Below, piece after piece: positions 19,765-29,201 of a DNA stretch of 64,000 nt. A model generated the notes under the pieces. That model had not been told where the DNA came from, ran no database searches, and was given only the letters and a program-made list of their open reading frames with translations. Positions within the stretch are counted from its first letter, which is position 1; every line of letters begins with the position of its first letter. Source of the stretch: Thermoproteota archaeon (GTDB lineage: Archaea; Thermoproteota; Thermoprotei; Thermofilales; B9-G17); the NCBI GenBank assembly GCA_029258885.1, contig JAPDJW010000002.1, forward strand, positions 160,001 to 224,000, in the 5' to 3' direction. Made by a program: the position numbers and the translations under genes.

Positions 19765-20255
19765 AACTCCTTTTAGATACAACTTATTTCCTGCCTACAA
19801 TAGGAGTTGCCGTAAAATATTTTCCGAGAAATATAGTCATAGAGTTAATTAATAAAGGATACAGCGTCTTAGTAAGTGAAATCACACTCTTTGAACTTTC
19901 AGCTAAGGGAGCTAAATATGTTGCATCCGGTCTTCTTAAGGCTGAAAGAGTAATTAGAGGCATAAAAGCTCTTTTCTACGACGATAGAGTACGTAAGGTT
20001 CCCGTCTACGAGACCTCTGCGCTTTTAACGGCATTAGAACTAAGGAAACTATTAAGCGACTTCATCGACTGTCTTATCCTTTCGGCAGCTCTAAATTATG
20101 CTGATGCACTGATAACGGAGGACGAGGATATCCATATGCTGTTAGAGAACGAAAAATTCCTGAAAATAATCCAAGAGAAGAATCCAGAATTTGAAATAAT
20201 GAACTACAGTACGTTGAAAAACAGGCGTCTCTCAGATTCTAATGGTTATCTTTGA
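19761..20255 (+). CDS. vapC: PIN-domain ribonuclease toxin
   Basis: LLLDTTYF, SEITLFE, DFIDCLILSAA and LITED carry the PIN acidic residues. Confidence 0.88.
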   Translation: MKLLLDTTYFLPTIGVAVKYFPRNIVIELINKGYSVLVSEITLFELSAKGAKYVASGLLKAERVIRGIKALFYDDRVRKVPVYETSALLTALELRKLLSDFIDCLILSAALNYADALITEDEDIHMLLENEKFLKIIQEKNPEFEIMNYSTLKNRRLSDSNGYL

Positions 20256-20763
20256 TTGATTCTTTACATGAGCCTTTGGCTTTTATCTCACGGTATATCA
20301 GGATAAGAAACTTTCCAGATATTCCTACGAAGATGAAGATGGATGATAAAAGCAGTATCCTTTCATCAAAACCCTTGCCGATTACCTTAACCATAACATT
20401 TGCAAATTCACCTTCTCTCAACCTAAATATGAAGACGTAAATATTCGGCTCATCCGGTAGGAAGGAGACCTTATCCCCACAAGTATTGTTTAATACAAGG
20501 ATAAATTCAGCTCCCCCCAATAGCTTATCCAGCTCCAAGTATTTCAGAAGAACCACATCCACACTCGAGGTAGAGGGCCGCACACTTATGATTATTGAAT
20601 ACCTTTTTAATCCGTAAAATGTTGTAAGATAAACGTTTTCATTAGGCGAATTCAACTTTATAAAAATGGTATGTTCACTGGAGCCAACTGCAAAATTGGG
20701 AATTAACATACCTATACCAGCCAGCATCAATATGAGGAAGAGCTTATCTATCTTCTCCTGCAT
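20239..20763 (-). CDS. Hypothetical membrane protein (N- and C-terminal hydrophobic helices)
   Basis: ATG 20763 after AGGAGG, two TM-like segments and a small beta-rich extracellular domain. Confidence 0.6.
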   Translation of the reverse strand: MQEKIDKLFLILMLAGIGMLIPNFAVGSSEHTIFIKLNSPNENVYLTTFYGLKRYSIIISVRPSTSSVDVVLLKYLELDKLLGGAEFILVLNNTCGDKVSFLPDEPNIYVFIFRLREGEFANVMVKVIGKGFDERILLLSSIFIFVGISGKFLILIYREIKAKGSCKESIKDNH

Positions 20764-20977
20764 ACATCAAACCTCCTAGTAAAGTATACGTATGCCGCCA
20801 ACAGTAGTTCTAAATGCGAATATCAGATACGTGGGTGAAGCGCTGGAACTTAAATTTTATATAAGTACTACTTTTTCTCTAATGCAACCTATAGAATAGT
20901 TTTTTCGCACAATATTTAATCGGACAATTAGATATCGTTAAATGCTTGGCCAGTAATAATTGCATTGAGGTATCTGA

Positions 20978-22285
20978 ATGTTTAAAATACTGGTAAGGGC
21001 TAAGAAGGATGCTGATGCAGTAAGGGCTGCACTAAACGTCTTCTATAGAGACTGGAATATAAGCGTTGAAACATTGGGAGGAGTAAGATCTAAGGAGGAC
21101 TTCTACTCCGCCATAATGGAGAAGATAGATCAAAAAGCCTATAATTTAGTAATAGTTGGAAGGGAGGACTATGATAAGCTTATGCTTGAGCCTAATCTTC
21201 CATGGAATACTTATATTCAGCCTATCCCACGTCAGAAGGTTAGAAACGCTAGATTACCGATGATTAAAAATGCTATTGAGAGAGGTAAAGCAAAAATTAG
21301 GACTACAATATACTGGAAGGAATCCTACATCCTAGGCAAAGGCAACGGCCTAAAACTCGATGTTGAAAACCATCCGGCATACGACCCCTTCCTCCTATGG
21401 GGTGTGCATTCGCTAGCTATGCTTTCAAACTACATAGGTGAAGTAGGCGGCGTAGCTCTACTTGTGAGGAAGATGGGCGGCGAACACGATGTCTACATCG
21501 GGCCTAAATTAGTGGCCAAACTTAAAATTCCAGACCACGGATTACCACGCGGCGAGAGATTAAGTCCTCAATATGAGGAGACAAGCCCAGACGCCCTAGC
21601 TGTCGCAAACCAGGAGCTATTGTCTAGGATGGAGGAGCTATCCATTAGCCTAATTAAAGACGTTGGCAAGGACTACGACACGGTTATCGTACCTTGGTCG
21701 GGCGGCCGTGATAGTACTGCAACGCTATTGCTCACGTTAAAAGCCTTGGGAAGAAGTGTTAAGGCCATATACGTCGACATGGGCCTCGAATTCAACATCA
21801 CTAGGAGATACGTTGAGGAGGTAGCCAAAAACCTTAGGGTGGATTTAGAGATTGCTAAAGTAGACCTCCTACATCACGTAAGGGAGAAAGGCCTCCCAAG
21901 CCATAGGGATAGATGGTGCACCAAGTTGAAAATAAATGCTCTCTACAGCAAGATAAGGGAGATATCAAGCGGCAAAACATTGATAATAGTCGGCGACCGC
22001 GACGCCGAGTCTGAGCTCAGAAGCAAGAGGCCATTCATAAGGAGGCATGAGGAGTTCATCCAAGTAGCTCCAATAAAGCTCTGGTCAGCGGCGCATGCCC
22101 AAGTCTACCTGCTCATCAACAAGGTTCCTCTAAACCCATTGTATATGCTGGGGTTCTACAGGATAGGATGCTGGATATGCCCATCGCTCAGAGGGTGGGA
22201 GAAGGAGATAATGAGAAAACATCTAATGGAAGAGCTTAAGGATGCGGGCGAGGATATACTTAAAAAAGTTTTAGAGACAGTATAG
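20978..22285 (+). CDS. Phosphoadenosine phosphosulfate reductase-family (PP-loop) protein with N-terminal extension
   Basis: WSGGRDS PP-loop, WCTKLK, GDRDAESELR, PIKLWS and LYMLGFYRIGCWICP. Confidence 0.82.
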   Translation: MFKILVRAKKDADAVRAALNVFYRDWNISVETLGGVRSKEDFYSAIMEKIDQKAYNLVIVGREDYDKLMLEPNLPWNTYIQPIPRQKVRNARLPMIKNAIERGKAKIRTTIYWKESYILGKGNGLKLDVENHPAYDPFLLWGVHSLAMLSNYIGEVGGVALLVRKMGGEHDVYIGPKLVAKLKIPDHGLPRGERLSPQYEETSPDALAVANQELLSRMEELSISLIKDVGKDYDTVIVPWSGGRDSTATLLLTLKALGRSVKAIYVDMGLEFNITRRYVEEVAKNLRVDLEIAKVDLLHHVREKGLPSHRDRWCTKLKINALYSKIREISSGKTLIIVGDRDAESELRSKRPFIRRHEEFIQVAPIKLWSAAHAQVYLLINKVPLNPLYMLGFYRIGCWICPSLRGWEKEIMRKHLMEELKDAGEDILKKVLETV

Positions 22286-22286
22286 A

Positions 22287-23855
22287 TTGGGAGCCCGCTT
22301 GCCGTCAATAGTCTTCATGTTTGAGGTGCATCAACCATATAGGCTAAACAGGAACTTTATAGATAGTTTATTGAAGCTGCCACCAAACCCGAGTTTTGAG
22401 GATCTATTCAAAGCATACTTCGACGAGAAATTAAATAGGGATGTTATCAGGAGAGTTGCCGGGAAATGCTACCTGCCAGCAAGCAGGATAATCCTGGAAA
22501 ACATAGATAGGTACAGGAACAGTGGCAGGAGCTTCAAGGTATCGTTCAGCATATCTGGGGTCTTTATAGAGCAGGCGTTAAAGTATGCACCCGAGATAAT
22601 AGATTTGTTTAGGGAGCTCGTAGATACAGGATGCGTTGAACTGGTGGAGCAGACGTATTATCACTCCCTAGCCTCACTCTTTCCGAATAAGCTCGAGTTC
22701 ATGGAGCAGTTGGAGGAGCACAGGGGGATAATTAAGGATACATTCGGTGTAGAGCCAAGAGTAGCCGAAAACACGGAGTTCATATACAATAACAGCGTAG
22801 CCTTCATACTCGATTTAATGGGATACAAGGCCGTATTCACTGAGGGCGTCGAGCGAATACTTGGATGGCGTAGTCCAAACTACGTATACAAGGCTAAGGG
22901 CCTATCAATAAAGCTGTTGTTTAGAAACTATAGGCTTTCGGATGACATAGGCTTCAGGTTCTCGTCGAAGGACTGGGAGGAGTATCCGCTAACCGCCGAG
23001 AAGTACTCCGCATGGCTCTCGGCAGTGGAGGGAGACGTAGTATGCATATGCATGGACTATGAAACGTTCGGCGAACACCACTGGCCCGAATCGGGCATAC
23101 ACGAGTTCCTACGCTGGCTACCAGGAGAGATACTGAAGTGGAGAAACCTAGAGTTCCTGACGCCATCTGAAGCCATCGAAAAATATCCTGCAAAAGATGA
23201 GATAGAAGTTCCCGATGATAAGACGATTAGCTGGGCGGATCTCGAGAGGGATACGTCAGCCTGGCTTCAAAACCCACTACAGAAGTCCTCCTTCGAAGCA
23301 GTAAAGCGCATAGAACCCTACGTTAAGGCAGTATGCGACGATAAATATATTAAGCTATGGAGATACCTTCAGATAAGCGACCACTACTACTACATGTCGA
23401 CGAAAGGCGGAGGACCCGGGGAAGTACACGGGTACTTCAGCCCTTACGGTTCACCCATAGAAGCATACACAACATTCCACCACATATTATCCGACCTCAC
23501 AATAAGGATATTAAACGAGTATAAACGTCTAACAGATAGGAAGGAAATATTCAAAGTAGTGGAGGACGCCAAAGCATTCCACTTCTACCTAAGGGACGAT
23601 AAGCCGCTTCCAATCAAAGCTAGATGCATACCTGAATTTATCAAGGCCCTACTGTTACTACCTAACCCAAGCATAGAACATCATTTAAAAAACAACGACT
23701 TCAGGAAATGGCTAAAACAAGTATTCAGGGCAGATAGACTAGCTGAAGATATCTATTTACTCTGCGCAAACGCAGACATCCTTAAAAGAAATATCACCAA
23801 AATTATGAGCGATCTCTGCAATTTACGTCAAACAGAGAAGCAGAATGAGAGATAA
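22287..23855 (+). CDS. GH57 alpha-amylase-like glycoside hydrolase with C-terminal DUF5752-like domain
   Basis: FEVHQPYRL, QTYYHSL, ENTEFIY (nucleophile), DYETFGEH (acid/base) and LQISDHYYYM. Tail AFHFYL...SIEHHLKNNDFRKWL. Confidence 0.88.
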   Translation: MGARLPSIVFMFEVHQPYRLNRNFIDSLLKLPPNPSFEDLFKAYFDEKLNRDVIRRVAGKCYLPASRIILENIDRYRNSGRSFKVSFSISGVFIEQALKYAPEIIDLFRELVDTGCVELVEQTYYHSLASLFPNKLEFMEQLEEHRGIIKDTFGVEPRVAENTEFIYNNSVAFILDLMGYKAVFTEGVERILGWRSPNYVYKAKGLSIKLLFRNYRLSDDIGFRFSSKDWEEYPLTAEKYSAWLSAVEGDVVCICMDYETFGEHHWPESGIHEFLRWLPGEILKWRNLEFLTPSEAIEKYPAKDEIEVPDDKTISWADLERDTSAWLQNPLQKSSFEAVKRIEPYVKAVCDDKYIKLWRYLQISDHYYYMSTKGGGPGEVHGYFSPYGSPIEAYTTFHHILSDLTIRILNEYKRLTDRKEIFKVVEDAKAFHFYLRDDKPLPIKARCIPEFIKALLLLPNPSIEHHLKNNDFRKWLKQVFRADRLAEDIYLLCANADILKRNITKIMSDLCNLRQTEKQNER

Positions 23856-24146
23856 AATACTACTTGTTAAGTCCGAGAAACAAAATATATTTACAAATCA
23901 CTCACTAATGTGAATTACATATAAAATCATTGAAATCTACCATGCATTCTAATTTTTAGAACTAATATAATACATATAATTTTTTTCATTAACCAAAAGA
24001 TACAATCCATAGTCATGTGTTATATAAGATGTTTAGTAGAGAAAACTAACTTACAAATACTAAGCAATTTGATATCCTCATGAAATATCTTTCAGCGATA
24101 AAACATATATACTCTATAAAATAATAAAAAGGCTATAGGTGATGAA

Positions 24147-25610
24147 ATGAAAGCCAAAGCACTACTAATATTATTAGTATTATTTTCACCATTAATTGTG
24201 TTAATAGACGTTGAAGCTCAACCAACATTAATACTTTTCGATAACAGGCACTACTGGAATGCAGATAAGTGTGACCAATTTATTGACGACCTAAAGGCAA
24301 CATACGGCGCCAATAAGGTAATTCTAATAAACGATAGCTCCCAGCTCAACGACTACATAGATGAGGCCAAGTTGCTAATACTGCCCAACCCTGACGGAAC
24401 GTTCGAAACCTCAGATATAGATACAATAAGAAGCTTCGTGGAAGGAGGTGGTGCATTACTAGTCATGGGAAACTGGCATAAGTACATTAAGGCAGACCTA
24501 TTGAATCAAATAGTAGATGGAACTGGAATATTGTTTACCGAGACAAGCGTATACGATGAAGACCACTACGACAATAAGCCCTGGTACCCGCTAATAGGCA
24601 CCTGGACTCCATACTCACTTTCCAATGATATTAAGAACGGCGTAACAGAGGATATAAAGTATGATGGAGCAATGCTTGTCGTAGAGCCGCCAGCAGTAAT
24701 TCTGCTATTAACCTATGATACTGCATACGCTAAGGATGGTAGTGGAACCGTTGTAGCCACTGGAGCAATACCGGTTGCGGCAATGTCGTATTTGAGTAAT
24801 GGAATAGTTTGCGCTATAGGCTCATCAATGGTTATGAGGACAGAGTACTTCTATAATAAGGATGAGTTTGGAAATAAGGAGTTCCTACTAGCAGTAGTAG
24901 ACTGGCTCTATCAGGGTAACGGCTATATAGGCGTCCAAGTACTTGACGCGGATGGAAGTCATCCAGTATCCGGCGCGACGGTTAAACTTGATGCAACGAC
25001 ATCTACTACCGATGAAAAGGGAATAACAGCATTTAAGGTTACGCCTTCAACTGACTACACGCTAACAGTAGAGAATACATATGGTAAGATACATGAGGAA
25101 ACAGTCTCAGCTAACAAGGGCGCATTTATAACAGTAAACGATAAGCACTATGATTACAACATACAGGGACAAGCATACGATGTCGAGACAAACGGAACGA
25201 TAGAATCCTCCTCATGGGACCCGGATGCAGGTGAGCTAACTCTTTCAATAAACTGCGAGGATGGAACAAAATCTCTCACAATAATCCATGAAGTATCCAG
25301 GCTACCAGAATACGTTAAGGTTGATGGAAACATAATAGCAAGGAAGCTAAGTTATGATGAGTTCGTTGCAGCAGCACCGAATGTATGGTATTACGATGAA
25401 GCCAATAATAAGGTATACATTAAGATTCAGCACAGCTCGGCAAAGAACATACTAATAAGGTTTGCACCGCCGCCCATTATAGGAGGAGAAGTCATCTTAA
25501 TGGATAAGATGGCTATATTGTTAGAGGCAATAATACAGTACATAACCATAATATTATCTGTAACAGCTATCGCAGGAATAGCAGTATATATTTGGAGAAA
25601 ATCTAAATAA
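24147..25610 (+). CDS. Secreted surface protein (DUF4350/GIFT-like domain plus Ig-like domains) with C-terminal GGE motif, TM and basic tail
   Basis: Signal peptide, LLILPNP...IRSFVEGGGALLVMG, DADGSHPVSGATVKL Ig-like repeat and PPIIGGEVILMDK-TM-RKSK. Confidence 0.72.
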   Translation: MKAKALLILLVLFSPLIVLIDVEAQPTLILFDNRHYWNADKCDQFIDDLKATYGANKVILINDSSQLNDYIDEAKLLILPNPDGTFETSDIDTIRSFVEGGGALLVMGNWHKYIKADLLNQIVDGTGILFTETSVYDEDHYDNKPWYPLIGTWTPYSLSNDIKNGVTEDIKYDGAMLVVEPPAVILLLTYDTAYAKDGSGTVVATGAIPVAAMSYLSNGIVCAIGSSMVMRTEYFYNKDEFGNKEFLLAVVDWLYQGNGYIGVQVLDADGSHPVSGATVKLDATTSTTDEKGITAFKVTPSTDYTLTVENTYGKIHEETVSANKGAFITVNDKHYDYNIQGQAYDVETNGTIESSSWDPDAGELTLSINCEDGTKSLTIIHEVSRLPEYVKVDGNIIARKLSYDEFVAAAPNVWYYDEANNKVYIKIQHSSAKNILIRFAPPPIIGGEVILMDKMAILLEAIIQYITIILSVTAIAGIAVYIWRKSK

Positions 25611-25797
25611 ATAGAAATTTTTACCATTAATTTCTTTCTTTAAGTAAATACCTTACAACATTGTCTTTATATCGTTCGATTTTAAAGCCCTATATATGAG
25701 TGAAACATAAAAGCTGGAGTATACTCACTTATCACAGCCATGAATCGATATTATGGCAACCTTAGGCTTATAAGTTAAGTTATTATAGGCTATTAAA

Positions 25798-25900
25798 ACT
25801 GAGTTGCTCAGTGCCGTAGCTATTGGAGCTACGATAAGTATCCTTTTGCTACTTCACACCGATTTCATATGACTGCTGCTTATTCAAAATAGCATAAGCA
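25798..25900 (+). other. Cluster of three hairpins in the 438-bp intergenic region upstream of the methionine synthase-like gene
   Basis: ACTGAG-TTG-CTCAGT (25798-25812), CGTAGCT-ATTGG-AGCTACG (25815-25833) and TGCTTAT-N10-ATAAGCA (25877-25900). Confidence 0.3.
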
Positions 25901-26048
25901 AACTATTAACTTTTTACATAGCTCCAGTTTTTCTCTACGGCTCTTAAATAGTCATTTACTACGCCCACATAGGTAATATCTAGCGTTAAGATTGCTGAAA
26001 TATAGAAATAGTAATAAGGATAGTAATTAATAGTAATGGCATAGGCTG

Positions 26049-27023
26049 GTGTCTATATTGTTATATCTATCTCACGTCGGTAGTTTTCCGCTGGAGTATA
26101 GTGAGGCGAATTTAAAACGCGCTTTTCTCAATATGATTAAGGCGGGCTTAGAGTATCCGCCATACCCTCAACTCAGAGACTTCATTGATATATACTTAGA
26201 TCCTCTGGTTAGGGATGGAGCGTTAGTCCGCGAGGAAAACAAGTATATCTTAATCGATGAGGGAAAAATAGGAGTAAAAACCCCAATTATCCCTGAAGCT
26301 CTCATGATATCCCAGCTGGCTAAGTACCAGGGCGGGCGAATAATGGGGCTTAGAGCTCCAGTTACGGGGCCATTTACCTTAGCTTCGAAAATATATCTTT
26401 CCAGGGAAACTTATACTTTAGAAAATACGTTGCTCGCTAAATCAGCTATTATTGTGGAAAGACTGGCTACATATGTAAATAAGGTTGTCAGGTGGCTGTC
26501 GGGGCTGGGATATAGGCTGATAGTAATCGATGAACCTATATTATCTACGATAGTTGGAGCTAAACATATACTGTATGGTATTTCCGAAGACGACATTATA
26601 TCAGCATACGGGAGAATTTTCGATGGAGTAAGTAGCATTGCTGGTACACACGTATGTGGGAGGATTTCAAGAAGATTAGCTGAAATACTGCTAGAAACGA
26701 ACGTTAAAATTTTAGACCATGAACACGTTGACACTCCCTCAAATATTGAGGTTTATACGTTAAATGACTTGGAGACATACGACAAATATATAGCATTAGG
26801 TGTTGTATCTTCTAAAAAGCCAGGAGTTGAGCCAGTACCACAGATAGTTAATTTTATCCTTAACGCTTTAGGTAGATATGGGGATAGAGTATTTTTAGTT
26901 AAGGGAGATTGTGGCTTTAGGGGATTAGCGGCGTACGAGCACGGCTATGAGATAGGAATAGCTAAGCTAAAAGCTGTTAGAAAAGCCATAAATATTGTCA
27001 AGAAGGAGATATTTGGATATTAA
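26049..27023 (+). CDS. Cobalamin-independent methionine synthase catalytic-domain protein (core-MetE-like)
   Basis: HVGSFP, PVTGPFTLA, IVIDEP, zinc motif HVCG and C-terminal DCGFRGL. Single barrel only (324 aa). Confidence 0.75.
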   Translation: MSILLYLSHVGSFPLEYSEANLKRAFLNMIKAGLEYPPYPQLRDFIDIYLDPLVRDGALVREENKYILIDEGKIGVKTPIIPEALMISQLAKYQGGRIMGLRAPVTGPFTLASKIYLSRETYTLENTLLAKSAIIVERLATYVNKVVRWLSGLGYRLIVIDEPILSTIVGAKHILYGISEDDIISAYGRIFDGVSSIAGTHVCGRISRRLAEILLETNVKILDHEHVDTPSNIEVYTLNDLETYDKYIALGVVSSKKPGVEPVPQIVNFILNALGRYGDRVFLVKGDCGFRGLAAYEHGYEIGIAKLKAVRKAINIVKKEIFGY

Positions 27024-27044
27024 TTTGCGTATTAGGTGGTATTA

Positions 27045-27488
27045 ATGATTTCGAATAAACTACTAAACATGTACCTATTTTCAATTTTTTACGTAATATA
27101 TGAAAAGCTGGGAGACGAGTTATGGTCGGTCGTAAGGGAAGCTGGCAAAATCCTTTACAGGGAGATAAGGAAGGAACTAGGGATCCCTCAGAGGAAGGAG
27201 GTGTTCAACGTACTAGAGAAGCTAATAGATTTTCTAGTTAAGGAGGGATACTTTGAGGATGCAGACATAAAGGCTCTGCCGGGAAATATCATAGAGTATA
27301 GGATGAAGAATCCAGTAATTCTGCCGTCGGCTAAGCGTCTCATAGAGCTTAAAATGGTTCCTCCTCACATATCCACATTCCTCCTCTTTGCGGCCCTTGA
27401 GGAAATGGGATATACTGCAGAGCTCCTGGAAGTGTCTGAATCAGCTAACGGCTGGGTTATAGAGAAGTGGAGGCTAATGAGAGCATAG
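27045..27488 (+). CDS. Hypothetical protein, possibly V4R/H-NOX-like small-ligand-binding fold
   Basis: ATG 27045 after AGGTGG (track GTG 27036). Helical N-terminus GDELWSVVREAGK, then beta strands. Fold call is weak. Confidence 0.55.
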   Translation: MISNKLLNMYLFSIFYVIYEKLGDELWSVVREAGKILYREIRKELGIPQRKEVFNVLEKLIDFLVKEGYFEDADIKALPGNIIEYRMKNPVILPSAKRLIELKMVPPHISTFLLFAALEEMGYTAELLEVSESANGWVIEKWRLMRA

Positions 27489-27606
27489 GATGACGCGAAA
27501 TTTATATGGGCTCTAACCTATTCCCCAGTTTTTCGTTAAAGTAGAAATAGGAAACGCTTATATTTTCTAAGAAAATTAATTATAAGCAATATTACTGGGT
27601 GATTGT

Positions 27607-29193
27607 ATGAGAAAGTACCTGCCACTGCTGGTAAGCCTGCTTTTCTTAATACTAACGTTAAATGCTGGGCTAAACGCATCTCCTCATCAATGGTGGCCCA
27701 TGTTTCAAAGGGATGCTGTAAACAGTGGATGGATGGACGTAGATGCTCCTGAGACTCCTCAAATATTCTGGGTAGTTTCCCTGCCTGAAAAACCTGGCGT
27801 AAGAGTTCAGCCTGTAACCTTCGAGAATAAGACCATAATAACCACTAGAGATACTGGCAAAGTGATATGTTTTGACACGATAACAGGAGAGAAGCTATGG
27901 ATGAACAGCCTAGGGGTATATATCCATTACTCGTCACCAATAATATATAACGGTAAAGTTATAGTCTGCGGCTACGGTAAAGTTGCAGCCTTTGATCTAG
28001 AAACGGGAGATAAACTCTGGGAATACACGCCTCCCGACGGCAAGAGAATAAGGGCCGAGCCTACATTACACCAGGGCATCCTGTTCCTACCAGTGGGCCA
28101 CTACAAAGATAGTCCACCCTTCTACATAGTCGCTCTTGATCCAGATACTGGAACCGAAATAAACGTATTTACTGATCCAAATCTTCCGCCACCCTCCGAT
28201 AGCGGAATAGTTGGATACGGAGATCTAATAATATTTGGAACACGCTATAAATCTGGGTTTGTACAGAAGCTATATGCTCTAAGAGTAAGTGACCTAAGCA
28301 TAGAATGGGTTTTAGAGGTAGGATCCAGCATCAGTCCTCCAACGGTGGCTGATGGAATAGTATATGTAGGTCTATATAACAGCACGATACTTGCTGTTGA
28401 TGCATCCACCGGATCAGTTTTATGGAAGCTTGTAGTTGGCTCAGGAAACAGGTTCTACAGGATAGCTCCGGTATATAAGGATGGTGTACTATACGTCGCT
28501 GCCTACAATACCGGTCTCGTAGCTGCAATAGATACGTCAACTCAAACCGTCATATGGACATACGATGCACCAAGCTACATATATAGTCAATTAATATATG
28601 CAGACGGCAAGATATACTTTGGATGTGATGATGACTACCTCCGGTGCCTAGATGCATCCAATGGAAACATTATATGGGAGTATAAGGCTGGAGACGATTG
28701 GCAGTCAGTATCCATAGTCGACATCGGCGGCTATGGAATAATTATAGCTGCATCAAACGACTATAACCTATACGCATTCGGCTCAATACCCATGTTTGTA
28801 ACGCTAGAAATAGAGGTTCTAGATGAGAACGGTAATCCACTGCCAAATGCCCACGTACAACTATTCACAAGAGACTGGTCTCTAGCAAGGGAGGGAGATA
28901 CGGGAGGCGATGGTAAGATAACGTTCTTCAACGTACAAGCTCAAGACTACATCATAAAGGTCACGTACGATGATAGGGTAACGTATTCAGGCGTGAGAAA
29001 GACAGATCTAATGGGATACCTTGGAGGAACATTCCACATAACCGTAAGGTTCCCATTGCCTGTTGGAGGAGAGGCTATTCCAGTAGATAAAATAGGACTT
29101 ATTCTATATACCGTTACAGTGAATCTCCACTATATCATATTAGCGCTGCTAGCTATAGCGGCAACCCTCATGTATAGGAGGAGTAAAACCTAA
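27607..29193 (+). CDS. Secreted PQQ-like/BamB-like beta-propeller surface protein with Ig-like domain and C-terminal GGE motif + TM
   Basis: WPMFQRD start, repeated (T)G..LW blades, DENGNPLPNAHVQL and PLPVGGEAIPVDK-TM-RRSKT. Confidence 0.82.
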   Translation: MRKYLPLLVSLLFLILTLNAGLNASPHQWWPMFQRDAVNSGWMDVDAPETPQIFWVVSLPEKPGVRVQPVTFENKTIITTRDTGKVICFDTITGEKLWMNSLGVYIHYSSPIIYNGKVIVCGYGKVAAFDLETGDKLWEYTPPDGKRIRAEPTLHQGILFLPVGHYKDSPPFYIVALDPDTGTEINVFTDPNLPPPSDSGIVGYGDLIIFGTRYKSGFVQKLYALRVSDLSIEWVLEVGSSISPPTVADGIVYVGLYNSTILAVDASTGSVLWKLVVGSGNRFYRIAPVYKDGVLYVAAYNTGLVAAIDTSTQTVIWTYDAPSYIYSQLIYADGKIYFGCDDDYLRCLDASNGNIIWEYKAGDDWQSVSIVDIGGYGIIIAASNDYNLYAFGSIPMFVTLEIEVLDENGNPLPNAHVQLFTRDWSLAREGDTGGDGKITFFNVQAQDYIIKVTYDDRVTYSGVRKTDLMGYLGGTFHITVRFPLPVGGEAIPVDKIGLILYTVTVNLHYIILALLAIAATLMYRRSKT

Positions 29194-29201
29194 CTTCCTT
29201 T

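Noticed and set aside
23856-24146. Very AT-rich 290-bp gap as a replication origin or ncRNA
   Set aside because: No ORB-like G-string repeats and no cdc6/orc1 nearby; consistent with an ordinary terminator plus promoter region.
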